Positions 1-10,219 of a DNA stretch of 64,000 nt are shown piece by piece; position 1 is the first letter of the stretch, and each line of letters starts with the position of its first letter. The notes beneath the pieces were generated by a model. That model was not told where the DNA came from. It saw nothing but the letters and a program-made list of their open reading frames with translations, and searched no databases. Source of the stretch: Vicinamibacterales bacterium (GTDB lineage Bacteria; Acidobacteriota; Vicinamibacteria; Vicinamibacterales; JAMQPK01); contig CAWGDY010000011.1 of NCBI GenBank assembly GCA_963821395.1, positions 124,769 to 188,768 of the forward strand. The letters run 5' to 3'. Position numbers and translations under genes: made by a program.

Positions 1-1
1 G

Positions 2-766
2 CGCGAGAGCGGCTACGAGCTGAAGCCGCTTCTGAAGCGGATCTTCCTGTCGAAGGACTTCTACAGCCAGCCGTCATACGCCACGCAGATCAAGAGCCCG
101 GTGCACCTGGTCGTCTCCACGTACAAGAAGATGGGCCTCCGCGAGGTGCCGACGATTCCCGACTTCGGAAGGATGACCGGCAGCCTCGGACAGTCGCTCT
201 TCGATCCGCCCAACGTTGCGGGGTGGGCCGGCGGACGCACGTGGATTACCCCGGCGACGCTGCTCCAGCGCGGTAACCTGTTTCGTGAGGTGCTGTTTCC
301 GGACGTCAAAGGCTTCAGGCCGCCCGATCGCGCCATGTCGGCGACCGATGCGAGGGTCGGGGAGCGGCTGGCCAAAGGCATGAACATCACCGAGGCCACG
401 CGGGAAGGCGATGCCGAGTCGAACATGATGGTCGACCGGGAAGAGGACTACAACACGCGCTACGGAGGCTACAAAGGGGCGATCGACGCGTTCGAGCGGA
501 CGAAGTTGATCCCGCGCCGGCAGGCGACGATCGACCTGACGTCGATGGTGCAGGCCGCGCACGCCGACACGGCCGAGAAGGTCGTGGATCACCTGGCGGA
601 CCGGTTTCTGCGTGTAAGGCTCGCCGCAAAAGATCGCGCCGTGCTCGTCGAGTTCTTGCGCGGCAAGCTGGGGACGAACGATGTACGGCCCGGCGAAACG
701 CTGGAGAGCGCGCTGAGAGAGCTGCTGTACCTGGTGCTCAGCACGCCAGAGTATCAACTGGGGTAG
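2..766 (+). CDS. DUF1800 family protein, C-terminal part (5' truncated by window edge)
   Basis: Frame is open from nt 2 (RESGYELKPLLKRIFLSKDFY...IKSPVHLVV). Contains LFDPPNVAGW and ends LVLSTPEYQLG, typical of DUF1800. Lies directly upstream of a DUF1501 gene. Confidence 0.85.
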   Translation, partial: RESGYELKPLLKRIFLSKDFYSQPSYATQIKSPVHLVVSTYKKMGLREVPTIPDFGRMTGSLGQSLFDPPNVAGWAGGRTWITPATLLQRGNLFREVLFPDVKGFRPPDRAMSATDARVGERLAKGMNITEATREGDAESNMMVDREEDYNTRYGGYKGAIDAFERTKLIPRRQATIDLTSMVQAAHADTAEKVVDHLADRFLRVRLAAKDRAVLVEFLRGKLGTNDVRPGETLESALRELLYLVLSTPEYQLG

Positions 767-787
767 CTTTCACCCAAGAGGTGCAAG

Positions 788-2038
788 ATGGCAGGTATCT
801 GCTCCTGTTCGCGCCGTGAATTCCTCATTCGGGGTCTCTACGGGATCGGTGTCGGCGCGTCGCTGCCGATGGTCCTCAACAGGACCTCTGCCGCGCTGGC
901 CGCGCAGGCGCTCGAAGGGACCAGCGTCGAGAAGCACCGCGACCGGATCCTCGTCGTGATCGAGCTGTCCGGCGGCAATGACGGCCTCAACACCGTCATC
1001 CCCTTCGGCGACGCCGCGTACTATCGCGCGCGGCCGAACCTGGCGATCCCGGAGAAGCAGGCCATCACGGTCGCTCCAGGTTTCGGATTCCACCCGTCGA
1101 TGGTTGGCTTCGAACGGCTCTACAAGGACGGCCTGATGGCGGTCGTGCACGGCTGCGGGTACGACCATCCGAGCCTGTCGCACTTTTCATCGATGGGCTT
1201 CTGGCACACAGGCGTGCCCAATGGCGGCGAGCCGCTCGGCTGGCTGGGCCGGTTGGCCGACGCGGGCTACGACCCGGCGGTGCGCAACACGATTGTCAAT
1301 CTGGGGAGCTCTCAATCGCTGGCGGTGCGCAGCCGCAGGCATGCGCCGCTGGTGTTCGACGATCCCGCGCGCTTCCGGCGCGACGGCACCGACACCGAGA
1401 AAGAAGCGCTGGTCGCGTTGAGTCAGTCCCGCACGACGCGCAATGCGACGCTCGAGTTTCTTGCCGCGACCGCGCAGAACGCGACCGAGAGCTCGGACTT
1501 CGTCCGCCAGGCGTCTGCGTCGTATCGCACGCCGGTGGACTACGGGATTGGCGGCGGCCTTGGAGGCAACCTCCAGAGAGTCGCCGCGCTCATCGCCGCG
1601 GGCATGCGCACGCGGCTCTACTACGTGACCTATGCCGGCAATTCGTTCGACACGCACGTGCAGCAGGCCGACCTTCACAGCCGCCTGCTGATGTACACGG
1701 CCGACGGCGTTCGCGGATTCCTCGAGGACATGAAGCGCATCGGCAGGGCAGACGACGTGGCGGTGATGATGTTCACGGAGTTCGGACGCCGGGTCGAAGA
1801 AAACGGCAGCCTGGGTACGGACCATGGCACGGCTACCCCGATGTTCCTCTTCGGCAAGGGTGTGAAGGCAGGCTTGCACGGTCAGCATCCCAGCCTCACC
1901 GATCTGGACGATGGGAACATGAAGATGACCACAGATTTCCGGCGCGTCTACGCGACGGTCATCAAGGAATGGCTCGGTTACGACGACACGCAGGCCGTGC
2001 TCAAGCAGCGTTTCGACACGCTGGGCGTGTTTGCGTAG
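788..2038 (+). CDS. DUF1501 family protein with Tat-like signal
   Basis: SRREFL Tat-like motif; LSGGNDGLNTVIP, FDTH, TEFGRR, GTDHG and TTDFRRVYAT motifs; standard partner of DUF1800. Confidence 0.9.
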   Translation: MAGICSCSRREFLIRGLYGIGVGASLPMVLNRTSAALAAQALEGTSVEKHRDRILVVIELSGGNDGLNTVIPFGDAAYYRARPNLAIPEKQAITVAPGFGFHPSMVGFERLYKDGLMAVVHGCGYDHPSLSHFSSMGFWHTGVPNGGEPLGWLGRLADAGYDPAVRNTIVNLGSSQSLAVRSRRHAPLVFDDPARFRRDGTDTEKEALVALSQSRTTRNATLEFLAATAQNATESSDFVRQASASYRTPVDYGIGGGLGGNLQRVAALIAAGMRTRLYYVTYAGNSFDTHVQQADLHSRLLMYTADGVRGFLEDMKRIGRADDVAVMMFTEFGRRVEENGSLGTDHGTATPMFLFGKGVKAGLHGQHPSLTDLDDGNMKMTTDFRRVYATVIKEWLGYDDTQAVLKQRFDTLGVFA

Positions 2039-2092
2039 TGATCATTCGGCAGCGTGGCACAGCGCTTTAGCGCCATCGTCTGGAGAGCTGAG

Positions 2093-2586
2093 ATGAGAAT
2101 CAGTGTGATCGGCGTGTCTTCGCCGCGCTTGCTTGTGCGCATTCGGACGTATCAGAAAGCGCGGCTCAAGGGGTTCGCCGCATTCAGCCCGCGACCGCAG
2201 CCATTGCGACGGCGGTGTGGCACGGCGACACGCTCTACGTGAGCGGCCAGGTGCCCGATCCGGTGAAGCCGGCCGCGCAAGGATCGCCGGCCGTCTACGC
2301 GCCCGATACGCGGACGCAGTCGGAGAACGTGTTCAGAAAGATAGAGGGCATTCTCAAAGAGCAGGGCCTCGGCATGGCGGATGTCGTCATGATGCACGTC
2401 TACCTCGTGGGCGATCCCGCCATGGGCGGCAAGATGGATTTCGCGGGGATGATGGCGGCCTATACCCAGCATTTCGGATCGGCGGCTCAGCCGAACAAGC
2501 CGGCACGCAGCACCGTGCAGGTGGCGTCGCTGGTCGCCGCAGGCGCGCTGGTCGAGATCGAAGTGATTGCCGTCCGGCCGAAGTGA
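2093..2586 (+). CDS. RidA/YjgF family protein, probably with signal peptide (apparent frameshift near 2115)
   Basis: TLYVSGQ, PARSTVQV and LVEIEVIA motifs in ORF 2215-2586. The frame extends upstream to VFAALACA; the ATG at 2093 is in another frame. Confidence 0.75.
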
Positions 2587-2776
2587 ACCACGTCACGCCA
2601 GCTTGTCGTTGGGACACCGTACGATTCTTGTCGCCGGGTTACAGGATCGTGACACGGCTGGGGTGATTGTCCATCGTGTCATATCGCCTAACGCATTCAT
2701 CATAAAAGAATTAACAGTATTTGGTCGTTTGGCCGAGTCGGCATGGACCATGCTCTCTCGGACGCGCCAATTCGGT

Positions 2777-4518
2777 ATGTCAGATTACAGAAAATTCGAT
2801 CGCGTCGGCCGCCCCGAAGGCAATCTCGTTTCACTTAGTCCGAAGAGCGGCGTTCTCGACGACACGCGTCCCGGCGGGCTCGCGAGCGAGGCCTATTACG
2901 GTCTCCGCGAAAAGCCGTTCGCGCTGGGGTCCGATCCGCGATTCTTCTACCACAGCCAGCCCCACGCCGCGGCGTACGAGGATCTGTTTCAAAGCATCCG
3001 CCGCCACGAAAGCCTCAGCGTGGTGAGCGGAGAGATTGGCACCGGCAAGACGACGCTGTGCCGGGCCGTGCTGCGCAACCTCGATCGCCAGACGTTCAGC
3101 GCCTTCGTGCCCGATCCGTTTGCCTCGCGCGAAGACCTGCTGAAGATGGTGCTCATGGATTTCGGCGTCATCTCGATCGACGATCTCACGGGCAGCCGGT
3201 TGAACGTCGCCACGCGCACCGAGCTCAGCTACCTGCTGTACGAGTTCCTTCGCGGGCTCGCGCCGCTCCAGGCGTTTGCCGTCGTCGTCATCGACGAAGC
3301 ACAGAACCTGTCGCCGTCACTGCTCGAAGAAATCAGGATTCTGTCGGATTGCGACGGTCGGGAGCGTCAGCTCCAGGTCGTGCTCATCGGCCAGCCCGAG
3401 CTGCAGGAGAAGTTGATGCTGCCCGAGCTGCGGCAGGTCGAGCAGCGCATTGCCGTGCGGTGCAAGCTCGAGCCGCTGACGCGAGAAGGGGTTGAGGGAT
3501 ACGTCGCGCACCGCTTGAAGGTCGCCGGCGGCACGCCGGACCGCGTCAGCTTCTCCGCCGATGCGCTGGACGCGCTCTACGATGTGTCGCGCGGCGTGCC
3601 TCGCCTCATCAATCGCATCTGCGATCGCGCGCTGCACCGCGGTCACCTCGAGCGGATGGCGAACATCGACGGACCGACCCTTCGTCAGGCCATCGACGAC
3701 ATCGGGCTGAAGACGAAGCCGATGACGACGGTGGTGACCAAAGTCGAAGAGTCGGCCGGAGTCGAGGAGTCAGCCAGAGTCGAAGAGTCAACCAAAGTCG
3801 AAGAGTCGCGGCCAAAGGCTCAAAGAGCCGGTGCCGCAATCGACGAGCACCTCGACAGAGGCGTCTCATCGATGACTCGCCCGAGACGGTCGATGCGTGG
3901 CTGGACTCCATCCCGAGGCATACGTCCACTCGGAGAAATCCGAATCCCGATGCGATACCGGCTTTACCGCTGCCTCTCGACGAGTTGGGCTTCGACCTTG
4001 ATGATGCCGTCCCCAGAACCTACATGGAACGGCTCGGCCGGCGATGGGCGGTCCGGCTCGGCACGCTCGCATTGTGGATGGGCGCAGTCGCCGCGGTGAT
4101 CGCGTTCATGATGTACGGGTGGGACGTCGCCAGGCGCGAACGGCTCAAGGAGCTCAGGGAGGTTGTCGCGCCGGCACCGCCACCTGCGCCCGTATTCGCA
4201 TTGAAACCGCCGCCGGCACTCCCGGTTCCACCTGTGACGTCGCAGCCGGCGTCGCCACCGCTCGTTCAGCTCGACGGCAGCTACATGATTTACGTCACGC
4301 ATTCGACGATGGAAACGCGGGCGGAGAGTCTCGTCGAGCGGCTTCAGCAGGCGGGTTTTCAGGCGAACCGGATCGCGGTCGTGGCCGGTCGTGTGACCTG
4401 GCATCAGGTCATCGCGGGTCCATATGTCACGCGCGGCAGTGCGGAAGTCGCGCTCCAGAACCTGCACCAGTCTCGGGAATTCCAGGACGCCAGAATCGTC
4501 TTCACTCCACCGCAATAG
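2777..4518 (+). CDS. ExeA-like AAA ATPase with TM segment and C-terminal SPOR domain (frameshifted around 3860-3990)
   Basis: YYGLREKPF, Walker A GEIGTGKT, Walker B IIDEAQ-like (VIDEAQN), GQPEL and GVPRLINRICDRAL in ORF 2567-4099. ORF 3985-4518 has a TM helix and SPOR-like WHQVIAGPY. Confidence 0.8.
3740..3811 (+). repeat. Four 18-nt coding tandem repeats (xVEESx) in the ExeA linker
   Basis: aaagtcgaagagtcggcc / ggagtcgaggagtcagcc / agagtcgaagagtcaacc / aaagtcgaagagtcgcgg. Confidence 0.8.
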
Positions 4519-4540
4519 CGGCGGAGTGGCGCGGCAGCGT

Positions 4541-5513
4541 TCATTTTCCCTCTGCCGCCTTCTCCTGCACGCGGGCGCCACTCAGAAGGTTGACCATGCC
4601 GTAGTTCCCCTCGTGGCAGGCGTACTCGTAGATCTGCTCGTCGGTGTGCTGCATCGGAATCGACGTGGTCCACCGTTTCGTGAACGTGGTGGGGTCGTCG
4701 ATCGTGAACTCGTATCGGACCGTTTCGGCGTTGATGCGCGTGAAGCGCTCGATGAGGTGCAGGCCGTCCGTCGATCCGCGATAGTTGGCCTTGTCGGCGA
4801 AAGTTCGTCGTATCGACGACGAGCGTATCGCCCTCCCATTTCCCCCGCGAATCGCCGAACCACTGGCGGATGTTCTTGCCGATGTGCGGCTGCCTGTCGA
4901 GCGGGATGATTCGCGCGTCGTGAATCATCTCGTGCAGGATCACCACGTAACCGGGTGTCTGCAGAATCTGGTAGTTGTTGTTGTAGGGCCCGGGGATCAT
5001 CGGCAGCCCGCGCGTGATGCACCGCTCCCACAAGCTCCGGTCCTGCCACGAGTCGTACCCGCGGGCCGCGCGCTCCGTTGCGCGCTTCTGGCCCTCCGGC
5101 GTCAGGGCCGGCACCCGCCCGTCGGGTGGGTCGACGACCAGAGACGTCTGCCGGGTGGAGGCCACCTTGGTCCCCCGGTCCCACCAGAAGTCGTTGTAGG
5201 CGAGCGCGACGTCGGCATCGGTACCCGCGCCGTCGCGGCGATCCTGGTTCTGGGTTTTCCGAAAGGTCTCCTCCGCAGCGGCCGCTTCCTGCTCAGTCAA
5301 CTGCGCTTTGTCTGCGAGCGCAACGGGCCTTTCGAACGGCGTAATCGTGGCGATCGACCACACGCCCTGCAGGTCGGGATCGCCCCAGGGCGTGCGCGCC
5401 GCCGTACGCGTTTCCACGTTCCTCGACTGGCCGGCGACCGAGGCCGATGCGAGCGCGGCCAGGGCAAGCGCCGCCGCGAGAACGTTACTTGGTCTTCTTT
5501 CGAAGATGGCCAT
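4541..5513 (-). CDS. Exported 'RTPWGDPDLQGVW' family protein, paralog 1 (frameshift near 4795)
   Basis: Signal peptide, ERC, HEMIHDARIIPLD and GDSRGKWEGDTLVVDT. The +1 frame continues to EYACHEGNY and stops at 4541. Highly similar to 6906-7862. Confidence 0.8.
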
Positions 5514-6312
5514 ACATCAGCTCTTCCACGAATTCGACGCATTTGTATTCGAGCAGCTGCGCGTTCTTCTCGACACGGCGATAGAGCGGCATGCTCATCT
5601 TCCAGGGACGCGTAAACACCTTGGGGTCCTCGATGGTGGCTTCGTACTGCAACACGTCGCGGCTGAGCGGCGTGTAGCGCTCGACGACGTGCAGCGCTTC
5701 GCTGTGAAAATTTCCGGCGCGATCGAACCACGTCTCGCCGTTGAACGCGTTCACATCGACGACGAGCGTGTCGCCTTCCCATCGGCCGAGCGACCAGCCC
5801 ATCCACGTATCGGCCGGGCTTTCATCCTTGCTGTTCATGTAGATCGTGCGGCTTGCGCTGGCGAACTCGTACGCCATCAGGACGTGGGTAGGCGTCTGCA
5901 CGATCTGAAACGGATAGGGCATGTAGGTGGCACGCGGCACGCCCGGCATGTAGCACTTGATCTCCGGATCGAGCTTCAGCCAGTTCGCGGCGTTCTCCTT
6001 CTTCTTCGCCGCGGCCCATGGCTGGTAGGGGATCTCGTCCCCCTCGACCACACCGAGGCCGGCCGGCACGCTGAAGGCGGCGCCGAGCTCGAGAACCGGA
6101 CCCTGCCGCGCGGCGTGTCCCTGAATGTCCCAGTTGGCGGAGTTATTGGCCTGCCAGATGCCGTTGAGGTCGGGCTTGCCGTCCTTGAATGGCGAGCGCG
6201 GCGCCTTGTAGCCCGCGGGCGCCTGTGCTGCCGGCGCCACGGCGAACGAAAGGACCGCAAGCCCGACGGCTGCGCTCGCCGCAACTATCGTGCGTCTGAT
6301 CCTGGTGTGCAT
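5485..6312 (-). CDS. Exported 'DGKPDLNGIWQ' family protein, paralog 2
   Basis: Signal peptide; DPEIKC, GWSLGRWEGDTLVVDV, TIEDPKVFTRPW and EYKCVE motifs. Confidence 0.8.
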   Translation of the reverse strand: MHTRIRRTIVAASAAVGLAVLSFAVAPAAQAPAGYKAPRSPFKDGKPDLNGIWQANNSANWDIQGHAARQGPVLELGAAFSVPAGLGVVEGDEIPYQPWAAAKKKENAANWLKLDPEIKCYMPGVPRATYMPYPFQIVQTPTHVLMAYEFASASRTIYMNSKDESPADTWMGWSLGRWEGDTLVVDVNAFNGETWFDRAGNFHSEALHVVERYTPLSRDVLQYEATIEDPKVFTRPWKMSMPLYRRVEKNAQLLEYKCVEFVEELMYGHLRKKTK

Positions 6313-6333
6313 CGCGGAGATCTCCTGATCACG

Positions 6334-6406
6334 GTCCGGCTGACCACCTTCGCCGAGGCTACGGTGGTCCGCCGGAGCTTTAGCGAAGGCGGAAGCCGGA
6401 CACTAC
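6334..6406 (-). repeat. GTAG-type REP palindrome with a 50-bp double-hairpin insert in its loop
   Basis: gtccggctg [6343-6392: accaccttcgccgaggctacggtggt ccgccggagctttagcgaaggcgg] aagccggacactac. Compare the uninterrupted copy at 60992-61015. Confidence 0.75.
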
Positions 6407-6409
6407 GCT

Positions 6410-6889
6410 TCATGCCATCTGCCATCTGCCATCTGCCATTTGCCATGTGCCATGACAGGTTTCTATTTGACGGTGCTCAGGCGGTTGCTGCGGATCGCCC
6501 GGCGCGCCGGTGCCGGTCGAGCCGATGAACAGCTTGCGGCCGTCCGGCAGCGTGATGTCTCTGCCGTTGGCTTTCAGCGTCCCATCCTTCGCCTGATATC
6601 CATCGACCACGATCGCCGTCCCGGCCGGCAGCGAGTTCTTGTTCACTCCGCGACGGAACAGGGTGTTGGGCGTGCCGCCTTCGATCATCCACTGTTCGGT
6701 GGTCCCGTTCGGCTGCTTGACGTCGATGTGAATCCACGCGTGTGGGTTGATCCACTCGACTTTGGTGACCGTGCCTTCCAGCTTGATCGGCTTCTTGGCG
6801 TCGAACTCTGCCGCGAATGCATGGTGCGCGCGCACGGTCATGGTGGCGCACACGAGACTCACGACAGCCAGGGCAAACAGCGTTCGCAT
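6410..6889 (-). CDS. DUF6152 family exported protein (true stop possibly near 6463)
   Basis: Signal peptide ending VRA, then HHAFAAEFD, GTVTKVEWINPHAWIHIDV, W.IEG and ITLPDGRKL. The C-terminal tail reads through the heptamer array. Confidence 0.85.
   Translation of the reverse strand: MRTLFALAVVSLVCATMTVRAHHAFAAEFDAKKPIKLEGTVTKVEWINPHAWIHIDVKQPNGTTEQWMIEGGTPNTLFRRGVNKNSLPAGTAIVVDGYQAKDGTLKANGRDITLPDGRKLFIGSTGTGAPGDPQQPPEHRQIETCHGTWQMADGRWQMA
6414..6455. repeat. Heptamer tandem array (gccatct)x6, degenerate
   Basis: gccatct gccatct gccatct gccattt gccatgt gccatga. Confidence 0.9.
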
Positions 6890-6905
6890 GAATCCTCCGG
6901 TCGGG

Positions 6906-7862
6906 TTATTTGTCTTCCGCTCGGGCCCCTTTGAGCAGGTTCGTCATGCCGTAATTTCCTTCGTGGCACGCGTACTCGAAGATGGGCCCGTCGGTCTTCG
7001 TCATCGGCACAGCCGCCGTCCACGATCGGGTGAACGACTCGGGATCGTCGATCGTGAACTGGTAGTCGAGTGTATCCGGATCGACGCGCGTGAACCGCTC
7101 GACGATCTTCAGGTTCGCGCTCGAGCCGCGAAAAATGGTCTTGTCGGTGAAATTCGTCGTCGTGACGATGAGCGTATTGCCGTCCCATCGGCCGCGCGAG
7201 TCTCCCATCCACTGGCGGATGGCCTGCGGTGCATGAGGACGGCCGTCGAGTGGAATGATTCGCACGTCGTGGATCATCTCGATGAGAATCGCGACGTAGC
7301 CGGGCGCCTGAAGAATCTGATAGTTGTTGTTGTAGCCGCCGGGAACCATGGGCGGACCGGCCGTCGGCCACAAGATGCACCGTTCGATGAGGCTGCGATC
7401 TTCCGGACCGTCGGCGGGGCTGCGGCGCCGCGCCTCCGCGCGTGCGTCGGCCCGGCTTTGCGCCGCCGGCGTCAGCGCCGGAACCCGGCCATCGGGTGGA
7501 TCCGTCACGAGCGAAGTGCGCCGCGTACCGACGACCTTCGTGCCGCGGTCGTACCAGAACTGGTTGTACGCCCGCCCGAGGTCGGCCTCGGTTCCACCCC
7601 CGCGATTGTCGGCGTCTCGCGCCTGGTTGGTCTGCCTCTCGAACTCGGCGGCTTCTTCCTGGGTGAGGACCGCCTTGCCGGACAGGTTTGCCGGGCGCTC
7701 GAACGGTGTCACGGTCGCGTTGGTCCAGAGTCCCTGCAGATCGGGGTCGCCCCATGGGGTTCGAGGCACGCTGCGCGGCGCAGGGGCCTGGGCGATCGCC
7801 GTGGCCACCGCCAGCGACACACCCGCGACCGTCAGCGTCACGTACCGGAGCCGGTGGTGCAT
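6906..7862 (-). CDS. Exported 'RTPWGDPDLQGLW' family protein, paralog 3
   Basis: Intact ORF with signal peptide; ERC, EMIHD, GDSRGRWDGNTL and EYACHEGNY motifs. Confidence 0.85.
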   Translation of the reverse strand: MHHRLRYVTLTVAGVSLAVATAIAQAPAPRSVPRTPWGDPDLQGLWTNATVTPFERPANLSGKAVLTQEEAAEFERQTNQARDADNRGGGTEADLGRAYNQFWYDRGTKVVGTRRTSLVTDPPDGRVPALTPAAQSRADARAEARRRSPADGPEDRSLIERCILWPTAGPPMVPGGYNNNYQILQAPGYVAILIEMIHDVRIIPLDGRPHAPQAIRQWMGDSRGRWDGNTLIVTTTNFTDKTIFRGSSANLKIVERFTRVDPDTLDYQFTIDDPESFTRSWTAAVPMTKTDGPIFEYACHEGNYGMTNLLKGARAEDK

Positions 7863-7940
7863 GAGGGACCTCGAAGCGCAAGATAGACCCTTCAAATCAA
7901 GGTGTCAATTGATTCGGTAAGGTTTAGACTTCGGGACTCA

Positions 7941-9089
7941 ATGGACCCTCATATGAAGCTTGGCGGTGCCGCCGCGGTCACCCTTACCCTCGCGATGAGC
8001 GTCGCGATTGCCGCGCAGACGGCCGCGCAGACCAACCCCCCGATGTCCGACCAGGTCTTCAAGAACGTCCAGGTGCTCAAAGGCATTCCCGTGGACGATT
8101 TCCTCGACACCATGGGCATCATGTCGGCGGCCCTGGGGTTCGATTGCGTGGAATGTCACGTGAATGCGGGCACCGACAACGTGAACTGGCAGTTCGACAC
8201 CGATAAGAAGCGCACGGCCCGGCGCATGACGTTGATGGTGGCGGCCATCAACAAGACCAACTTCGGCGGACGGCAGATGGTGACCTGCTGGACGTGCCAT
8301 CGCGGCCGGGATATTCCGGTGACGATGCCGCCGATCGACACGGTGTACGGCGAGGCGGTGGTGCTGCCCGACGAGATCGTCTCCGAACCGTTTCCCGGGG
8401 AGCCGTCGGTCGACCAGATTCTCGACAAGTATCTTCAGGCAATCGGCGGCGCCGCGCGGCTGGCAGCGGTGACCAGTTTCACCGCAACCGGCACGAGCCA
8501 GGGCTTCCGGGGTTTCGGCGGCGGAGGTCAGGTGCAGATCTACGCAAAGGCGCCCGATCAGCGTGCGACGATCATCAAGTTTGCCGAGAACATCGGACGG
8601 CAGGATGCCATACGCCTCTTCGACGGCCGGAACGGGTGGGTGTCGGCGCCGCTGTCCGTCGTGCCGCAATATGCCCTGGCTGGCAGCGAGCTCGACGGGG
8701 CACGCATCGACGCGCTGTTGTCGTTTCCGGCCCAGATAAAGACGGCGCTGACCCAGCTGCGCGTGGGTGCACCTGACTACATCGACAGCCGCGAGGTGCA
8801 CGTCATCCAGGGGAACGGTTCGCGCGGGTCCGTGGCCACGTTGTATTTCGACAAAGAGTCGGGTCTGCTCGTGCGGATGGTCCGCTTTGGCTCGTCGCCG
8901 ATTGGCCGGGCGCCCACACAGGTGGACTATTCCGACTATCGCGACGTGCCAGGCGCCGGCATCAAGATGCCGTTCCGCTGGACGTTCGGATGGCTCAATG
9001 GCCGCGACACCATCGAGTTGAAAGAGGTTCGGGTGAACGTGCCTATCGACGCGTGGGTGCTTCAGTCGAAAGCAGTAGCGCAGGGGTAG
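7941..9089 (+). CDS. Diheme c-type cytochrome (photosynthetic RC cytochrome c subunit-like N-domain) fused to a LolA-like beta domain
   Basis: Signal peptide; FKNVQVLKG, CVECH, KRTARRM and CWTCHRG; C-terminal LYFDKESGLLVR...DYSDYRDV...PF. Confidence 0.75.
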   Translation: MDPHMKLGGAAAVTLTLAMSVAIAAQTAAQTNPPMSDQVFKNVQVLKGIPVDDFLDTMGIMSAALGFDCVECHVNAGTDNVNWQFDTDKKRTARRMTLMVAAINKTNFGGRQMVTCWTCHRGRDIPVTMPPIDTVYGEAVVLPDEIVSEPFPGEPSVDQILDKYLQAIGGAARLAAVTSFTATGTSQGFRGFGGGGQVQIYAKAPDQRATIIKFAENIGRQDAIRLFDGRNGWVSAPLSVVPQYALAGSELDGARIDALLSFPAQIKTALTQLRVGAPDYIDSREVHVIQGNGSRGSVATLYFDKESGLLVRMVRFGSSPIGRAPTQVDYSDYRDVPGAGIKMPFRWTFGWLNGRDTIELKEVRVNVPIDAWVLQSKAVAQG

Positions 9090-9112
9090 AGACAGTAGAA
9101 AGCTACGAGACA

Positions 9113-9135
9113 GTAGCGCAGGGCTTTAGCCCTGC
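9113..9135 (+). repeat. GTAG-type REP palindrome
   Basis: gtagcgcagggctttagccctgc. Confidence 0.75.
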
Positions 9136-9183
9136 CGAAGGGGACTGGGCAACTGGAAACTGACTGGAAGGTCGGAGTACGAA

Positions 9184-10219
9184 ATGAAAAGCTTCCTCGC
9201 CGCTTCTATCGCACTATCGATTCTGTTGTTCCCGATTTCCCTCGCGAGTCAGGCGCCGAAGTGGTCGCCGCCGCTGACGCCGGACGGGAAGCCCGACCTG
9301 CAGGGCGTGTGGCTGAACCAGAGCGCGACGCCCCTCGAGAGGCCGAAAGAACTGGCCGGTCGTGAATTCCTGACCGACGAGGAAGTGGCCGAGTTCAAGA
9401 GGCGGGCCGCGCGGCTCTTCGACGTCACCACAGACAGCGATTTTCCGGGCGGAGACAATTTCTTTCTCGCCCTGCTCGCCAACCCCGATAAATACGGCAC
9501 CGGCACGTCGGGGACAAGCAATGCGACGGTGATGATCGAACGGACCATCGACAACCGCACGTCGCTCATCGTTGACCCGCCCGACGGCAGGATCCCTCCG
9601 ATGACGCCGGACGGGTCGGCGAGATTGGCAAGAACGCCGCCGCCTACGGCAGCCGGAGGACCACCTGCAGCTGGACCTGAAGATCTCAGCAACGCGATGC
9701 GTTGCATCACCTATGGCATGCCACGGATTGGCAGGCAGAACATCAACTCCGCAGGGCCGCTGGGCTATTACCAGATCCTGCAAACGCCCGGCTATCTCAC
9801 CATCACGCTCGAGGCCATCCACGAAACGCGCGTGATTCCCCTGGACGGACGCCCGCATCTCCCGCAGGGGCTCACGATGTGGAGCGGCGACTCGCGCGGC
9901 CGGTGGGAAGGGAACACGCTCGTGGTCGATACGACCAACTTCTCGCCGAAGAGCAACTTCATGGGATCGTCGAGCGAGCCTGCACATCGTCGAGCGGTTC
10001 ACTCGCGTGGCCGCCGACATGCTCCAGTACGACGTGACGATCGACGATCAGACGACATGGACGAAGCCGTGGACCGTCTCGATTCGCATGAAGCAATCGC
10101 AGGACAAGCTCTACGAGTACGCCTGCCACGAAGGCAACTACGTGACGATGGAAGGCATTCTTGGTGCGGCGCGCGCGGACGAGCGGGCGATGGAAGACGG
10201 CGCTAACCGGCCGAAATAA
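9184..10219 (+). CDS. Exported 'DGKPDLQGVW' family protein, paralog 4 (frameshift near 9975)
   Basis: Signal peptide; MRC, EAIHETRVIPLD and GDSRGRWEGNTL. The C-terminus (EYACHEGNY) lies in ORF 10007-10219. Confidence 0.8.

Noticed and set aside
2649-2682. Inverted repeat gtgacacg...cgtgtcat as riboswitch or ncRNA
   Set aside because: Only a 7-8-bp stem, with no recognisable RNA family features.
2777-4518. Type II secretion gene cluster
   Set aside because: The ExeA-like ATPase is solitary; there are no gsp/exe structural genes.
7941-9089. Evidence of phototrophy (PufC-like cytochrome)
   Set aside because: Only two hemes, fused to an unrelated domain, with no puf, bch or psc genes nearby.
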